A stretch of 58,979 bases of DNA from Clostridiales bacterium (lineage in GTDB: Bacteria; Bacillota; Clostridia; Lachnospirales; Lachnospiraceae). Where the stretch lies: contig JAQXLR010000024.1 in NCBI GenBank assembly GCA_029012225.1, positions 1 through 58,979 on the forward strand. Direction: 5' to 3'. Made by a program: the position numbers and the translations under genes. The notes below the pieces were generated by a model, which did no database searches, was not told the origin of the DNA, and was given only the letters and a program-made list of their open reading frames with translations. Shown piece after piece: positions 29,239 through 37,351 of the stretch (positions are counted from its first letter, which is position 1; each line of letters begins with the position of its first letter).

Positions 29239-30435
29239 ATGGTTTTGAGAGAAGAGATGAACATATTATTTTATCGCTATAACAGCATATGTGAGCCGGA
29301 TCTCATAGCAGTTTTGGAAGAACTCGGCCATAGCGTAGAGGAAATGACCGAGGAGATGACAAATAAGAATATCTATGCTGAAGAGCAGCTTGCGATTATT
29401 AGTAATGCATTAAAACAAAAGAAATATGACATGGTGTTTAGCATCAATTTTTTTCCGATCGTCTCGGAGGTCTGCAATATTTTTAAGACGCTTTATACCT
29501 GTTGGATTGTAGATGCTCCGGTGTTAGAGTTGTATTCCTGGTCCATTCGTAACGAGTGCAATCGAATCTTTTTGTTTGATTATGCGCTCTATGAAGAATT
29601 TTCTGCGGAAAACCCGCAGGGCATTTTCTACCTTCCATTGGGGGCAAATTATGAGAGACTGGATAGACTGATAGATGGGATAACGCAGGAGGATCGAAAA
29701 AAATATGCTTCCGAGATATCCTTTATTGGCTCCTTATATACGGAGAAGTGCCCGTACAACCGACTTAAGGAGGATGGGAGTTACCTAAAGGGCTATCTGG
29801 ATGGCTTGATTGAGGCGCAGATGAAGGTCTATGGCTATAATTTTCTGGAAGAGTGCATCAGCGATACGGTGTTAGAGGAATTCAAAAGGAAGGTTCCCTT
29901 TTATCGGTTTCCGGAAAAGGCAAATCACAACGAGAGAGCAGCGATGGCACACTTATATCTGGGCAATAAGGTGACGGAGCAGGAGCGACTTCGTCTGCTA
30001 AAGAGCATCTCGGAGCGATATCCCTTGGCCTTGTATACCGGAAGTGAGACAAAGACTTTGCCAAAAGCGGACTGCCGTGGTCTGGCGGAGACAATGACCG
30101 AGATGCCAAAGATTTTTCATCTATCAAAAATCAATTTAAATTTTACATCAAAGCCGATTCGGACAGGCTTACCGATGCGCATCTGGGATATTCTCGGAGC
30201 CGGAGGGTTTGTCTTAACCAATTATCAGCAGGAGCTGCCGGAGTATTTTGAGCTTGGCAAGGATTTGGAAACCTATGCGAGCGAAGCAGAGCTTTTAGAG
30301 AAGATCGGCTACTACTTAGAGCATGAGACAGAGCGCGCAGCGATTGCAAGAAACGGATATGAAAAGGCAAAGGCAAATTATTCGCTTCGGCAGAGAGTAG
30401 GTGAGCTGCTGCAGTGTGCAGTGGGGAGGAACTGA
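29239..30435 (+). CDS. DUF3880/CgeB-like glycosyltransferase
   Basis: FSINFFP, ISFIGSLY, FHLSKINLN, RIWDILGAGGFVLTNYQ; start may be 29257. Confidence 0.85.
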   Translation: MVLREEMNILFYRYNSICEPDLIAVLEELGHSVEEMTEEMTNKNIYAEEQLAIISNALKQKKYDMVFSINFFPIVSEVCNIFKTLYTCWIVDAPVLELYSWSIRNECNRIFLFDYALYEEFSAENPQGIFYLPLGANYERLDRLIDGITQEDRKKYASEISFIGSLYTEKCPYNRLKEDGSYLKGYLDGLIEAQMKVYGYNFLEECISDTVLEEFKRKVPFYRFPEKANHNERAAMAHLYLGNKVTEQERLRLLKSISERYPLALYTGSETKTLPKADCRGLAETMTEMPKIFHLSKINLNFTSKPIRTGLPMRIWDILGAGGFVLTNYQQELPEYFELGKDLETYASEAELLEKIGYYLEHETERAAIARNGYEKAKANYSLRQRVGELLQCAVGRN

Positions 30436-30505
30436 AATCCGAAGAGAAGAGGGGAATACCTTCGGATGATACACAAAGAAGATGCATGGTAAGGAGAAAA
30501 CACGA

Positions 30506-31903
30506 ATGAAGATTTTAATGGTTGTATATGACAATGATTCTTATATTTCATGGTTTCCGCAAGGCTTGGCATACCTTGCAAGTGCTGCAAGAAATGTGGG
30601 GCATGAGGTATCGGTATACCAGCAGGACATTTACCACTGGCCGGATGCCCACTTGACAGGGTACTTAGACGAGCATGAGTTTGACGTAGTAGTTGTCAGT
30701 GTCATCGGAGGTTATTATCAATATCGCAAATTATTGAGTTTGTCAGAGGCGATTCACGCATCAAAAAACCGCAAGAATTTTAAATATGCAATTGGTGGGC
30801 ATGGACCGGCTTCAGATCCGGAATATTTTTTGCGCAAGACAGGCGCAGATGTTGTTGGAATCGGCGAGGGTGAGATTTCTTTTGTGGAGATGTTGGATGC
30901 ATTTGCGGAAAAGAGGTCTTTAGAATCAGTCGATGGAATCGCTTTTTTGGATAAAAGTGGAAATTACGTGAGAACAAAACCAAGAGAGCTGATTCAAAAT
31001 ATTGATGAAATTGCTTGGCCGGCATATGATTTGTTTGATATGACGTATTACTCTCTATTAAGGTTGCCCAATATTAAAGCAAATGAGAGATGCATGCCAA
31101 TGCTTTCGGGAAGAGGATGTACGTTTGCCTGCAATTTTTGCTATCGCTTAGATAAGGGCTTCCGTCCGCGAAGCGCAGAAAGCATTATCAAAGAGATTGA
31201 GTTTTTGAGAGATACTTATAATATCAAATACATTGCGTTTTCCGATGAACTGCTTATGAGTTCACGCGAAAGAACCTTGGAGCTGTGTCAGGCCTTTATC
31301 GATGCAAAGATTAATGTGAAGTGGGACTGCAATGGCAGACTAAATTATGCGGATATTGACGTTCTGGAAAAAATGAAGGAAGCCGGCTGTGTATTCATTA
31401 ACTATGGAATTGAGTCCTTGGACAATGCCACTCTACGTGTCATGCATAAGGGATTGACGAGAGACATGATTATCCGAGGTGTGGAAAACACGCTGCAGGT
31501 AGGAATCAGTCCGGGTCTGAATATTATCTATGGAAATATCAATGAGCCGTTGAGTGCGATTGACGATGCGGTAGAATTTTTGTTAAAGTATGATGACCAT
31601 GCACAGATGCGTACCATTCGCCCTGTTACGCCATATCCGGGAACGGAGTTGTTTGAGTACGCGATAAAGAATGGTTTACTAAAGGACATTGAAGATTTTT
31701 ATGAGAACAAGCACACCAATTCGGATTTGCTGGCCGTCAACTTCACGCAGTATACAGATGATGAGATTTATGAAGCACTTTATCAGGCGAATAAGAAGCT
31801 GATCCACAGGTATCAGGAACTACAGATAGAAAAATCCGAGCGCATCTGCGAAGACCTCTATCATAACAGAAATGCGGAATTTAGAGGATTTAGACAGTCA
31901 TAA
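30506..31903 (+). CDS. B12-binding domain radical SAM protein
   Basis: PQGLAYLA, GGHGP, GEGE, SGRGCTFACNFC, YGIES, TPYPGT; AAGGAG SD before ATG 30506. Confidence 0.9.
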   Translation: MKILMVVYDNDSYISWFPQGLAYLASAARNVGHEVSVYQQDIYHWPDAHLTGYLDEHEFDVVVVSVIGGYYQYRKLLSLSEAIHASKNRKNFKYAIGGHGPASDPEYFLRKTGADVVGIGEGEISFVEMLDAFAEKRSLESVDGIAFLDKSGNYVRTKPRELIQNIDEIAWPAYDLFDMTYYSLLRLPNIKANERCMPMLSGRGCTFACNFCYRLDKGFRPRSAESIIKEIEFLRDTYNIKYIAFSDELLMSSRERTLELCQAFIDAKINVKWDCNGRLNYADIDVLEKMKEAGCVFINYGIESLDNATLRVMHKGLTRDMIIRGVENTLQVGISPGLNIIYGNINEPLSAIDDAVEFLLKYDDHAQMRTIRPVTPYPGTELFEYAIKNGLLKDIEDFYENKHTNSDLLAVNFTQYTDDEIYEALYQANKKLIHRYQELQIEKSERICEDLYHNRNAEFRGFRQS

Positions 31904-31964
31904 GAGATGGGAAAGGGAGTTCTTGCGAATGCAGTTAAATTGCTGCAGGAGCAAGGATTCCTTC

Positions 31965-32180
31965 TTTTTCAGAAGAAAGCTTACCCAGAAAGAGCTTTCT
32001 GCGAAGGCAGGGGTAAGTCTGGGCTCACGAAAGAGATTTGAGCAGAGCGGAGAGATTTGAGCAGAGCGGAGAGATTTCCCTTCGATCCTTTACCAAGCTT
32101 GCAATAGCGCTTGAAGTAGAAGGAGAGCTGGAGGCTTTGTTTTGCAATGTGCCATTTGATTCCATATAGGAGATTATACA
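31965..32180 (+). pseudogene. Degenerate XRE-family HTH regulator (HipB-like) fragment
   Basis: RRKLTQKELSAKAGVSLGSRKRFEQSGEI, then a 19-bp duplication frameshift, then SLRSFTKLAIALEVEGELEALF...SI*EII. No clear start; boundaries approximate. Confidence 0.7.
32032..32077 (+). repeat. 19-bp tandem duplication (2.4 copies)
   Basis: AGAGATTTGAGCAGAGCGG x2 followed by AGAGATTT. Confidence 0.95.
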
Positions 32181-32324
32181 TTATGCATAGCAATAAAAGC
32201 CTATCTATGATACAATACAAAATATCATGGACAGGCTCTTTTTGTTTCATAGAAAGACCTTGTTGCATGAACGGGCAAAAATATAGATGTTTCCTATGAA
32301 AGAAAAACAATGCGTGGAGGCAAT

Positions 32325-33317
32325 ATGAGTATTACCATTATAGCAGAAGCCGGAGTCAATCATAACGGCAGCATGGAGCTTGCCAAAAGGATGGTATTGG
32401 AGGCAAAATGGGCCGGAGCAGACTATATCAAGTTTCAAACCTTTGTTCCGCAAAAGCTGGTATCAAGATTTGCAAAAAAGGCAGCTTATCAACAAAAGAA
32501 TACGAAAAAAGAGGAGTCACAGCTTCGCATGCTGGAGAGTCTGGCACTTTCCAATGAGGATTTTATAGAGCTTAAGGTGTTCTGTGGCGAAACCGGAATC
32601 GGCTTTCTCTCCACTCCCTTCGATGCAGATAGCATTGCCTTTTTAGACAGTCTTGAGATTGATTTTTGGAAACTGCCATCCGGTGAGATGACCAATCTTC
32701 CTTATTTGGAATTGATTGCGCGCACGGGACGAAGGGTCGTCATGTCCACCGGAATGTGTGAGTTGTCGGAGATCGAGGATGCCATTCGAGTATTGGAGGA
32801 AAATGGTGCGGGTGAGCTTACGGTACTGCATTGCAATACAGAGTACCCCACTCCGTTTTCGGATGTCAATCTCCTTGCCATGCGACAGATGGCAGAGTAT
32901 TTGAAGAAGCCGGTAGGCTATTCCGACCACACAGTGGGAACCGAGGTGGCTCTCGCAGCGGCAGCACTCGGAGCAGTCATCATCGAAAAGCATTTTACCT
33001 TGGATAGAACGATGGAAGGGCCGGATCACTTGGCGAGCCTGGAGCCGAAGGAATTGGCTGGTATGATAAAGGCAATCCGAAACATTGAGGCAAGCCTGGG
33101 AGACGGAAGGAAGCGTCGAACCGCATCGGAACAAAAAAATTGTGAGGTTGCACGTAAGAGCATTGTGGCCGGGAGGAAGATTGGTGCGGGCGAGGTCTTT
33201 ACGGAGGAGAACCTGACAGTAAAACGACCGGGAACTGGAATTAGCCCAATGAGATGGTACGATATTCTGGGAACAAAGGCCTTGCGTGATTATGACGAGG
33301 ATGAGCTGATCGATTAG
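32325..33317 (+). CDS. neuB: Nonulosonic acid synthase NeuB/LegI
   Basis: IIAEAGVNHNG, IKFQTF, STPFD, LHCNTEYPT, GYSDHT, EKHFTLD, C-terminal SAF domain KRPGTGISP. Confidence 0.93.
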   Translation: MSITIIAEAGVNHNGSMELAKRMVLEAKWAGADYIKFQTFVPQKLVSRFAKKAAYQQKNTKKEESQLRMLESLALSNEDFIELKVFCGETGIGFLSTPFDADSIAFLDSLEIDFWKLPSGEMTNLPYLELIARTGRRVVMSTGMCELSEIEDAIRVLEENGAGELTVLHCNTEYPTPFSDVNLLAMRQMAEYLKKPVGYSDHTVGTEVALAAAALGAVIIEKHFTLDRTMEGPDHLASLEPKELAGMIKAIRNIEASLGDGRKRRTASEQKNCEVARKSIVAGRKIGAGEVFTEENLTVKRPGTGISPMRWYDILGTKALRDYDEDELID

Positions 33318-33329
33318 AACGGGAATCAA

Positions 33330-34502
33330 ATGAGGGAAAAGCAGATGAAAAAGATTGCGGTAGTTACGGCAACAAGAGCAGAATATGGAATTTTAAGACC
33401 ACTGATTTTCCGATTGAAGCAAGAGAAGGGCTTCCGGATGCAGCTTGTTGTGACGGGAATGCACCTGTTGGAGCAGTACGGAAATACGCGCAAGGAAATA
33501 GAGGGAGATGGGCTCCCTATTTTTTTAGAGATACCGATTCTTGAGCCGGGGAATACACCCTATGATATTTCTGTTACCATGGCAAATGCAATCCGAGGCT
33601 TTGCCCAATATTTCCGGGATGAAAAACCGGATTTGCTGATTGTGCTGGGGGACAGAACCGAGCTTTTGGGTATTTGTGCCGCTGCGCTCAATGAAGGGGT
33701 GCCGATTGCGCATCTGCATGGTGGAGAGCGAACAGAGGGAGTAGTGGATGACTGCATTCGTCATGCAGTCACGAAAATGAGCTATCTGCATTTTGCAGCA
33801 ACAGAGGAATACCGCAAAAGGATTATACAGTTGGGCGAGGAGCCGGATCGTGTGTTTCAGGTGGGAGCGCTTGGCGTAGAGAATATTTTGCATCTGCCGC
33901 TTCTTACGCACGAGGAAATCTGCCGGGAGCTTGGTCTTTCGAAGGAGCAGAGATATGTTGTAGTAACCTTCCATCCTGTCACGTTGGAGGAAGATACGGC
34001 AGAGAGTCAGACGAGGGAGCTCTTGGCAGCAATGGAGCAAAAAAGTGAGTTTTTCTATTTGATTACCAAGGCAAATGCCGATGCCGGAGGAGCGAGAGTC
34101 AATGCGCTGCTGGAGAGCATGGCGGCGAAGTGCGAAAACATGAGACTGGTAAGCTCTCTTGGGGTATTAAGATACTTAAGTGCAGTGAAGTACAGCGCAT
34201 TTGTTTTGGGTAATTCGTCCAGCGGAATCATTGAGGCTCCGGCACTTGGTACGCCTACGGTCAATATCGGGGATAGGCAAAGAGGGCGGCAGCTGGCAGA
34301 GACTGTAATCTCCTGTGCGCCTGTGTGCGGCGAGATAAAAGAGGCGATGGAGAAGGCCTCCCAGATGGAGGCAAAAGCATCCCTTTTGTATGGGGATGGA
34401 AACACCTCTGAGAAAATTGTGAATATCGTGAAGGAATTTTTTAGTCAAGATAGGATAAAGCGCAAGAAAACCTTTTATGACGTGGAGTGGCAAGAAAAAT
34501 AA
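33330..34502 (+). CDS. neuC: Hydrolysing nucleotide-sugar 2-epimerase NeuC/LegG
   Basis: TATRAEYG, VTGMHL, LGDRTE, HLHGGE, TFHPVT, GNSSSGIIEAP, GDRQRGR; start may be 33345. Confidence 0.93.
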   Translation: MREKQMKKIAVVTATRAEYGILRPLIFRLKQEKGFRMQLVVTGMHLLEQYGNTRKEIEGDGLPIFLEIPILEPGNTPYDISVTMANAIRGFAQYFRDEKPDLLIVLGDRTELLGICAAALNEGVPIAHLHGGERTEGVVDDCIRHAVTKMSYLHFAATEEYRKRIIQLGEEPDRVFQVGALGVENILHLPLLTHEEICRELGLSKEQRYVVVTFHPVTLEEDTAESQTRELLAAMEQKSEFFYLITKANADAGGARVNALLESMAAKCENMRLVSSLGVLRYLSAVKYSAFVLGNSSSGIIEAPALGTPTVNIGDRQRGRQLAETVISCAPVCGEIKEAMEKASQMEAKASLLYGDGNTSEKIVNIVKEFFSQDRIKRKKTFYDVEWQEK

Positions 34503-34523
34503 GTTTTGGAATGGGGAAGCTTT

Positions 34524-35225
34524 ATGAGAAATATTGCAATCATACCGGCAAGGAGCGGGTCTAAGGGCTTGAAGGATAAAAATATTAAATTGCTGGGGGG
34601 GAAGCACTTGCTTGGGTATACAGTTGAGGCAGCTTTTCAGGCGGGGGTATTTGACTGTGTGCATGTCTCCACGGACAGTGAGCAATATGCGCAAATAGCA
34701 AAGGCATATGGAGCAGATGTGCCGTTTTTGCGCGAGGAAGGACTGGCAACAGACAGCGCAGATACGTGGGACGTATTACGAGCGGCAGTAAGGCACTACG
34801 AGGAGCTTGGCAGAAGCTTTGATACGGTCACGCTCTTGCAGCCGACATCACCGCTAAGGGATGCGGCAGATATTTGTCGTGCTTTTGAGATTTTTCATGA
34901 CAGGCAGGCGGACTCGGTGATTAGCGTATGCGAGGTGGAGCACTCGCCGAGGCTTTGCAATACGCTTGGGACGAACAATTCCATGCAGGACTTTATCGAC
35001 ATTCAAATCATCGGAAGGCGACAGGATTTGGGGGTCTATTATCGGTTAAATGGAGCGATTTATATTCAAAAGACAGAGATATTGATGCGTAGACAGACCC
35101 TATATGGGGAAAAATCCTATGCCTATATCATGGATAAGATACATTCGCTGGATATCGACGATGCATTTGACTTTTTTATGGCAGAGGCAGCCCTCGATTG
35201 GATGGTAAAGTCAACACAAGAATAA
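34524..35225 (+). CDS. neuA: CMP-nonulosonate synthetase NeuA/LegF
   Basis: IIPARSGSKGLKDKNI, VSTDS, LLQPTSPLR, LNGAIY, DIDD. Confidence 0.92.
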   Translation: MRNIAIIPARSGSKGLKDKNIKLLGGKHLLGYTVEAAFQAGVFDCVHVSTDSEQYAQIAKAYGADVPFLREEGLATDSADTWDVLRAAVRHYEELGRSFDTVTLLQPTSPLRDAADICRAFEIFHDRQADSVISVCEVEHSPRLCNTLGTNNSMQDFIDIQIIGRRQDLGVYYRLNGAIYIQKTEILMRRQTLYGEKSYAYIMDKIHSLDIDDAFDFFMAEAALDWMVKSTQE

Positions 35226-35232
35226 CCGATAT
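35206..35232 (+). promoter_or_regulatory. Internal sigma28 promoter overlapping the neuA 3' end
   Basis: TAAA-N15-ACCGATAT upstream of the nucleotidyltransferase. Confidence 0.6.
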
Positions 35233-35283
35233 ATATTATAGCTTAGGCAAAAGCACAAGAGAGAAACAGGGAGATTTTTGAGG

Positions 35284-36357
35284 ATGAATACAGAGCAGCT
35301 CATGTTATTTCTGATTTCCCCGAAAAGTACGTTGGTAGAAGCGATGCAAAAGATCGATGCCAATGCGGAGGGGATTCTTTTTGTGGTAAAGGAAGACCGA
35401 ACACTGATTGGAGTAGTGACAGACGGTGATATCCGGCGTTGGCTGATTAAGACGGGAAATCTGCAGGAGCAGATTGGGCGGATCATGAATCAGAATCCCA
35501 AGGTAATCTACAAAAAAGAACTTGGCAGGGCACAGGATATTATGATAAAAAATTCTGTCACTGCACTTCCGGTTACCGACACAAGAGGTTATGTCTTAGA
35601 TATTGTATTTCGAAAGGACAGAGGAACCTTGCAGCTAAGACAGGAAAGCTCGTTGCCCGATATTCCTGCGATTATTATGGCAGGCGGCAAAGGAACCAGA
35701 CTGTATCCTTATACGAAAATTCTTCCAAAGCCGCTGATTCCGATTGGAGATATCCCGATTATGGAACGCATCATTGACAAATTCCGTGATTATGGGGTAA
35801 AAACTTTTTTTGCGACAGTCAATTATCGAAAGGGCATGATAAAATCCTATTTCTCGGAGACCTTGCGAGATTACAGTCTGCGTTATGTGGAGGAGGAGAA
35901 GCCGTTAGGGACGGCAGGGAGCCTAAAGCTGATTCAGGAGAGGTTTGAGAAGCCGTTTATTGTGACAAATTGTGATATCCTGATTCATGCGGATTACGGA
36001 GATATTTACCGATACCACCAAGAAAGCGGGAATGAGCTGACGATTGTAACAGCGCTCAAAAATATAATCGTTCCCTATGGAGTGGTTCATTCCAGCGAAA
36101 ATGGAATGGTTGACGCAATGGAGGAAAAGCCACGGCTTTCCTATTTTGTCAACACCGGAATGTATATTTTAAATGGCAATCTAAAAGATGAAATACCGGA
36201 GGATACCTTTTTTCACATGACAGATTTGATTGATAAATTGCTAAAGGAACATCGCAGAGTCGGAATGTATCCGATTAGCGAGGATTCGTTCTTGGACATG
36301 GGCGAGTTTGAGGAAATGCATCGGATGGAAAAAAAGTTAAATTTAAAATCAGAATAA
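35284..36357 (+). CDS. CBS-domain nucleotidyltransferase (PtmE/LegX-like)
   Basis: N-terminal CBS pair (GVVTDGDIRR); MAGGKGTRLYPYT...PKPL, PLGTAG, NCDI. Confidence 0.88.
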   Translation: MNTEQLMLFLISPKSTLVEAMQKIDANAEGILFVVKEDRTLIGVVTDGDIRRWLIKTGNLQEQIGRIMNQNPKVIYKKELGRAQDIMIKNSVTALPVTDTRGYVLDIVFRKDRGTLQLRQESSLPDIPAIIMAGGKGTRLYPYTKILPKPLIPIGDIPIMERIIDKFRDYGVKTFFATVNYRKGMIKSYFSETLRDYSLRYVEEEKPLGTAGSLKLIQERFEKPFIVTNCDILIHADYGDIYRYHQESGNELTIVTALKNIIVPYGVVHSSENGMVDAMEEKPRLSYFVNTGMYILNGNLKDEIPEDTFFHMTDLIDKLLKEHRRVGMYPISEDSFLDMGEFEEMHRMEKKLNLKSE

Positions 36358-36370
36358 AAGGAGTACACAT

Positions 36371-37351
36371 ATGAAGAAAGTGTTGGTAACCGGAGCGGAC
36401 GGATTTATCGGAAGTCATTTGACGGAGTCTCTTTTAGAAAAGGGATATGACGTAAAAGCATTTGTATATTACAATTCCTTTAACAACTGGGGGTGGCTGG
36501 ATACGCTTCCAAAGGAAAAGCTGGATCAGATTGAAATTTTTGCGGGCGATATCAGAGATCCGAATGGAGTCCGGGAAGCAATGAAGGATGTCGATCAGGT
36601 ATTCCATCTGGCGGCCTTGATTGCGATTCCGTTTAGCTATCATTCTCCCGATTCCTATGTCGATACAAATATCAAGGGAACCCTAAATGTCTTACAGGCT
36701 GCGAGAGACTTGGGGACAGAGCGCATTATGGTGACCTCTACCTCAGAGGTGTACGGAACGGCGCAGTATGTTCCGATTGACGAAAAGCATCCGTTTCAGG
36801 GGCAGTCGCCATACTCGGCTACCAAAATAGGAGCGGACCGTCTGGCGGAGAGCTTTTATCGAAGCTTTCAGCTTCCGGTTTCCATTGTGCGCCCGTTTAA
36901 TACGTTTGGACCAAGGCAGTCAGCCAGAGCTGTCATTCCGACGATTATTACACAGCTTTTGGCGGGGAAAGAGGAGATACAGCTTGGATCTCTGACACCG
37001 ACGCGCGATTTCAACTATGTAAAAGATACGGCGGCCGGCTTTATTGCCATTGCAGAATCGGAAAAGACGATTGGCGAGGAAATCAATATCGCGACACAGC
37101 AGGAGATTTCCGTTGGAGATTTGGCGAGAGAAATCATCGCGCAGATTAATCCGAAGGCAAGGATTCGGTGTGATGAACAAAGACTGCGCCCGGAAAAGAG
37201 TGAGGTAAACAGACTCTTAGGCTCCAATGCCAAAATAAAAGAGCTGACAGATTGGGAGCAGAAATACACCTTTGAAGCAGGGATTGCAGAGACAATTGCA
37301 TGGATTCGTCAAAATATGAATGCATACAAGGCGGATATTTATAATGTATAA
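36371..37351 (+). CDS. legB: NAD-dependent 4,6-dehydratase LegB-like
   Basis: TGADGFIGSH, LAALIAIPFSY, TSTSEVYG, SPYSATK, RPFNTFGPRQSARAVIP. Confidence 0.85.
   Translation: MKKVLVTGADGFIGSHLTESLLEKGYDVKAFVYYNSFNNWGWLDTLPKEKLDQIEIFAGDIRDPNGVREAMKDVDQVFHLAALIAIPFSYHSPDSYVDTNIKGTLNVLQAARDLGTERIMVTSTSEVYGTAQYVPIDEKHPFQGQSPYSATKIGADRLAESFYRSFQLPVSIVRPFNTFGPRQSARAVIPTIITQLLAGKEEIQLGSLTPTRDFNYVKDTAAGFIAIAESEKTIGEEINIATQQEISVGDLAREIIAQINPKARIRCDEQRLRPEKSEVNRLLGSNAKIKELTDWEQKYTFEAGIAETIAWIRQNMNAYKADIYNV

Noticed and set aside
31872-32060. 62 aa ORF as an intact gene
   Set aside because: It overlaps the radical SAM 3' end and is just the first half of the frameshifted HTH remnant.
34595-34601. G7 tract in neuA as a phase-variation site
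   Set aside because: Same reasoning: it encodes L-G-G in an intact frame and there is no evidence of variability.
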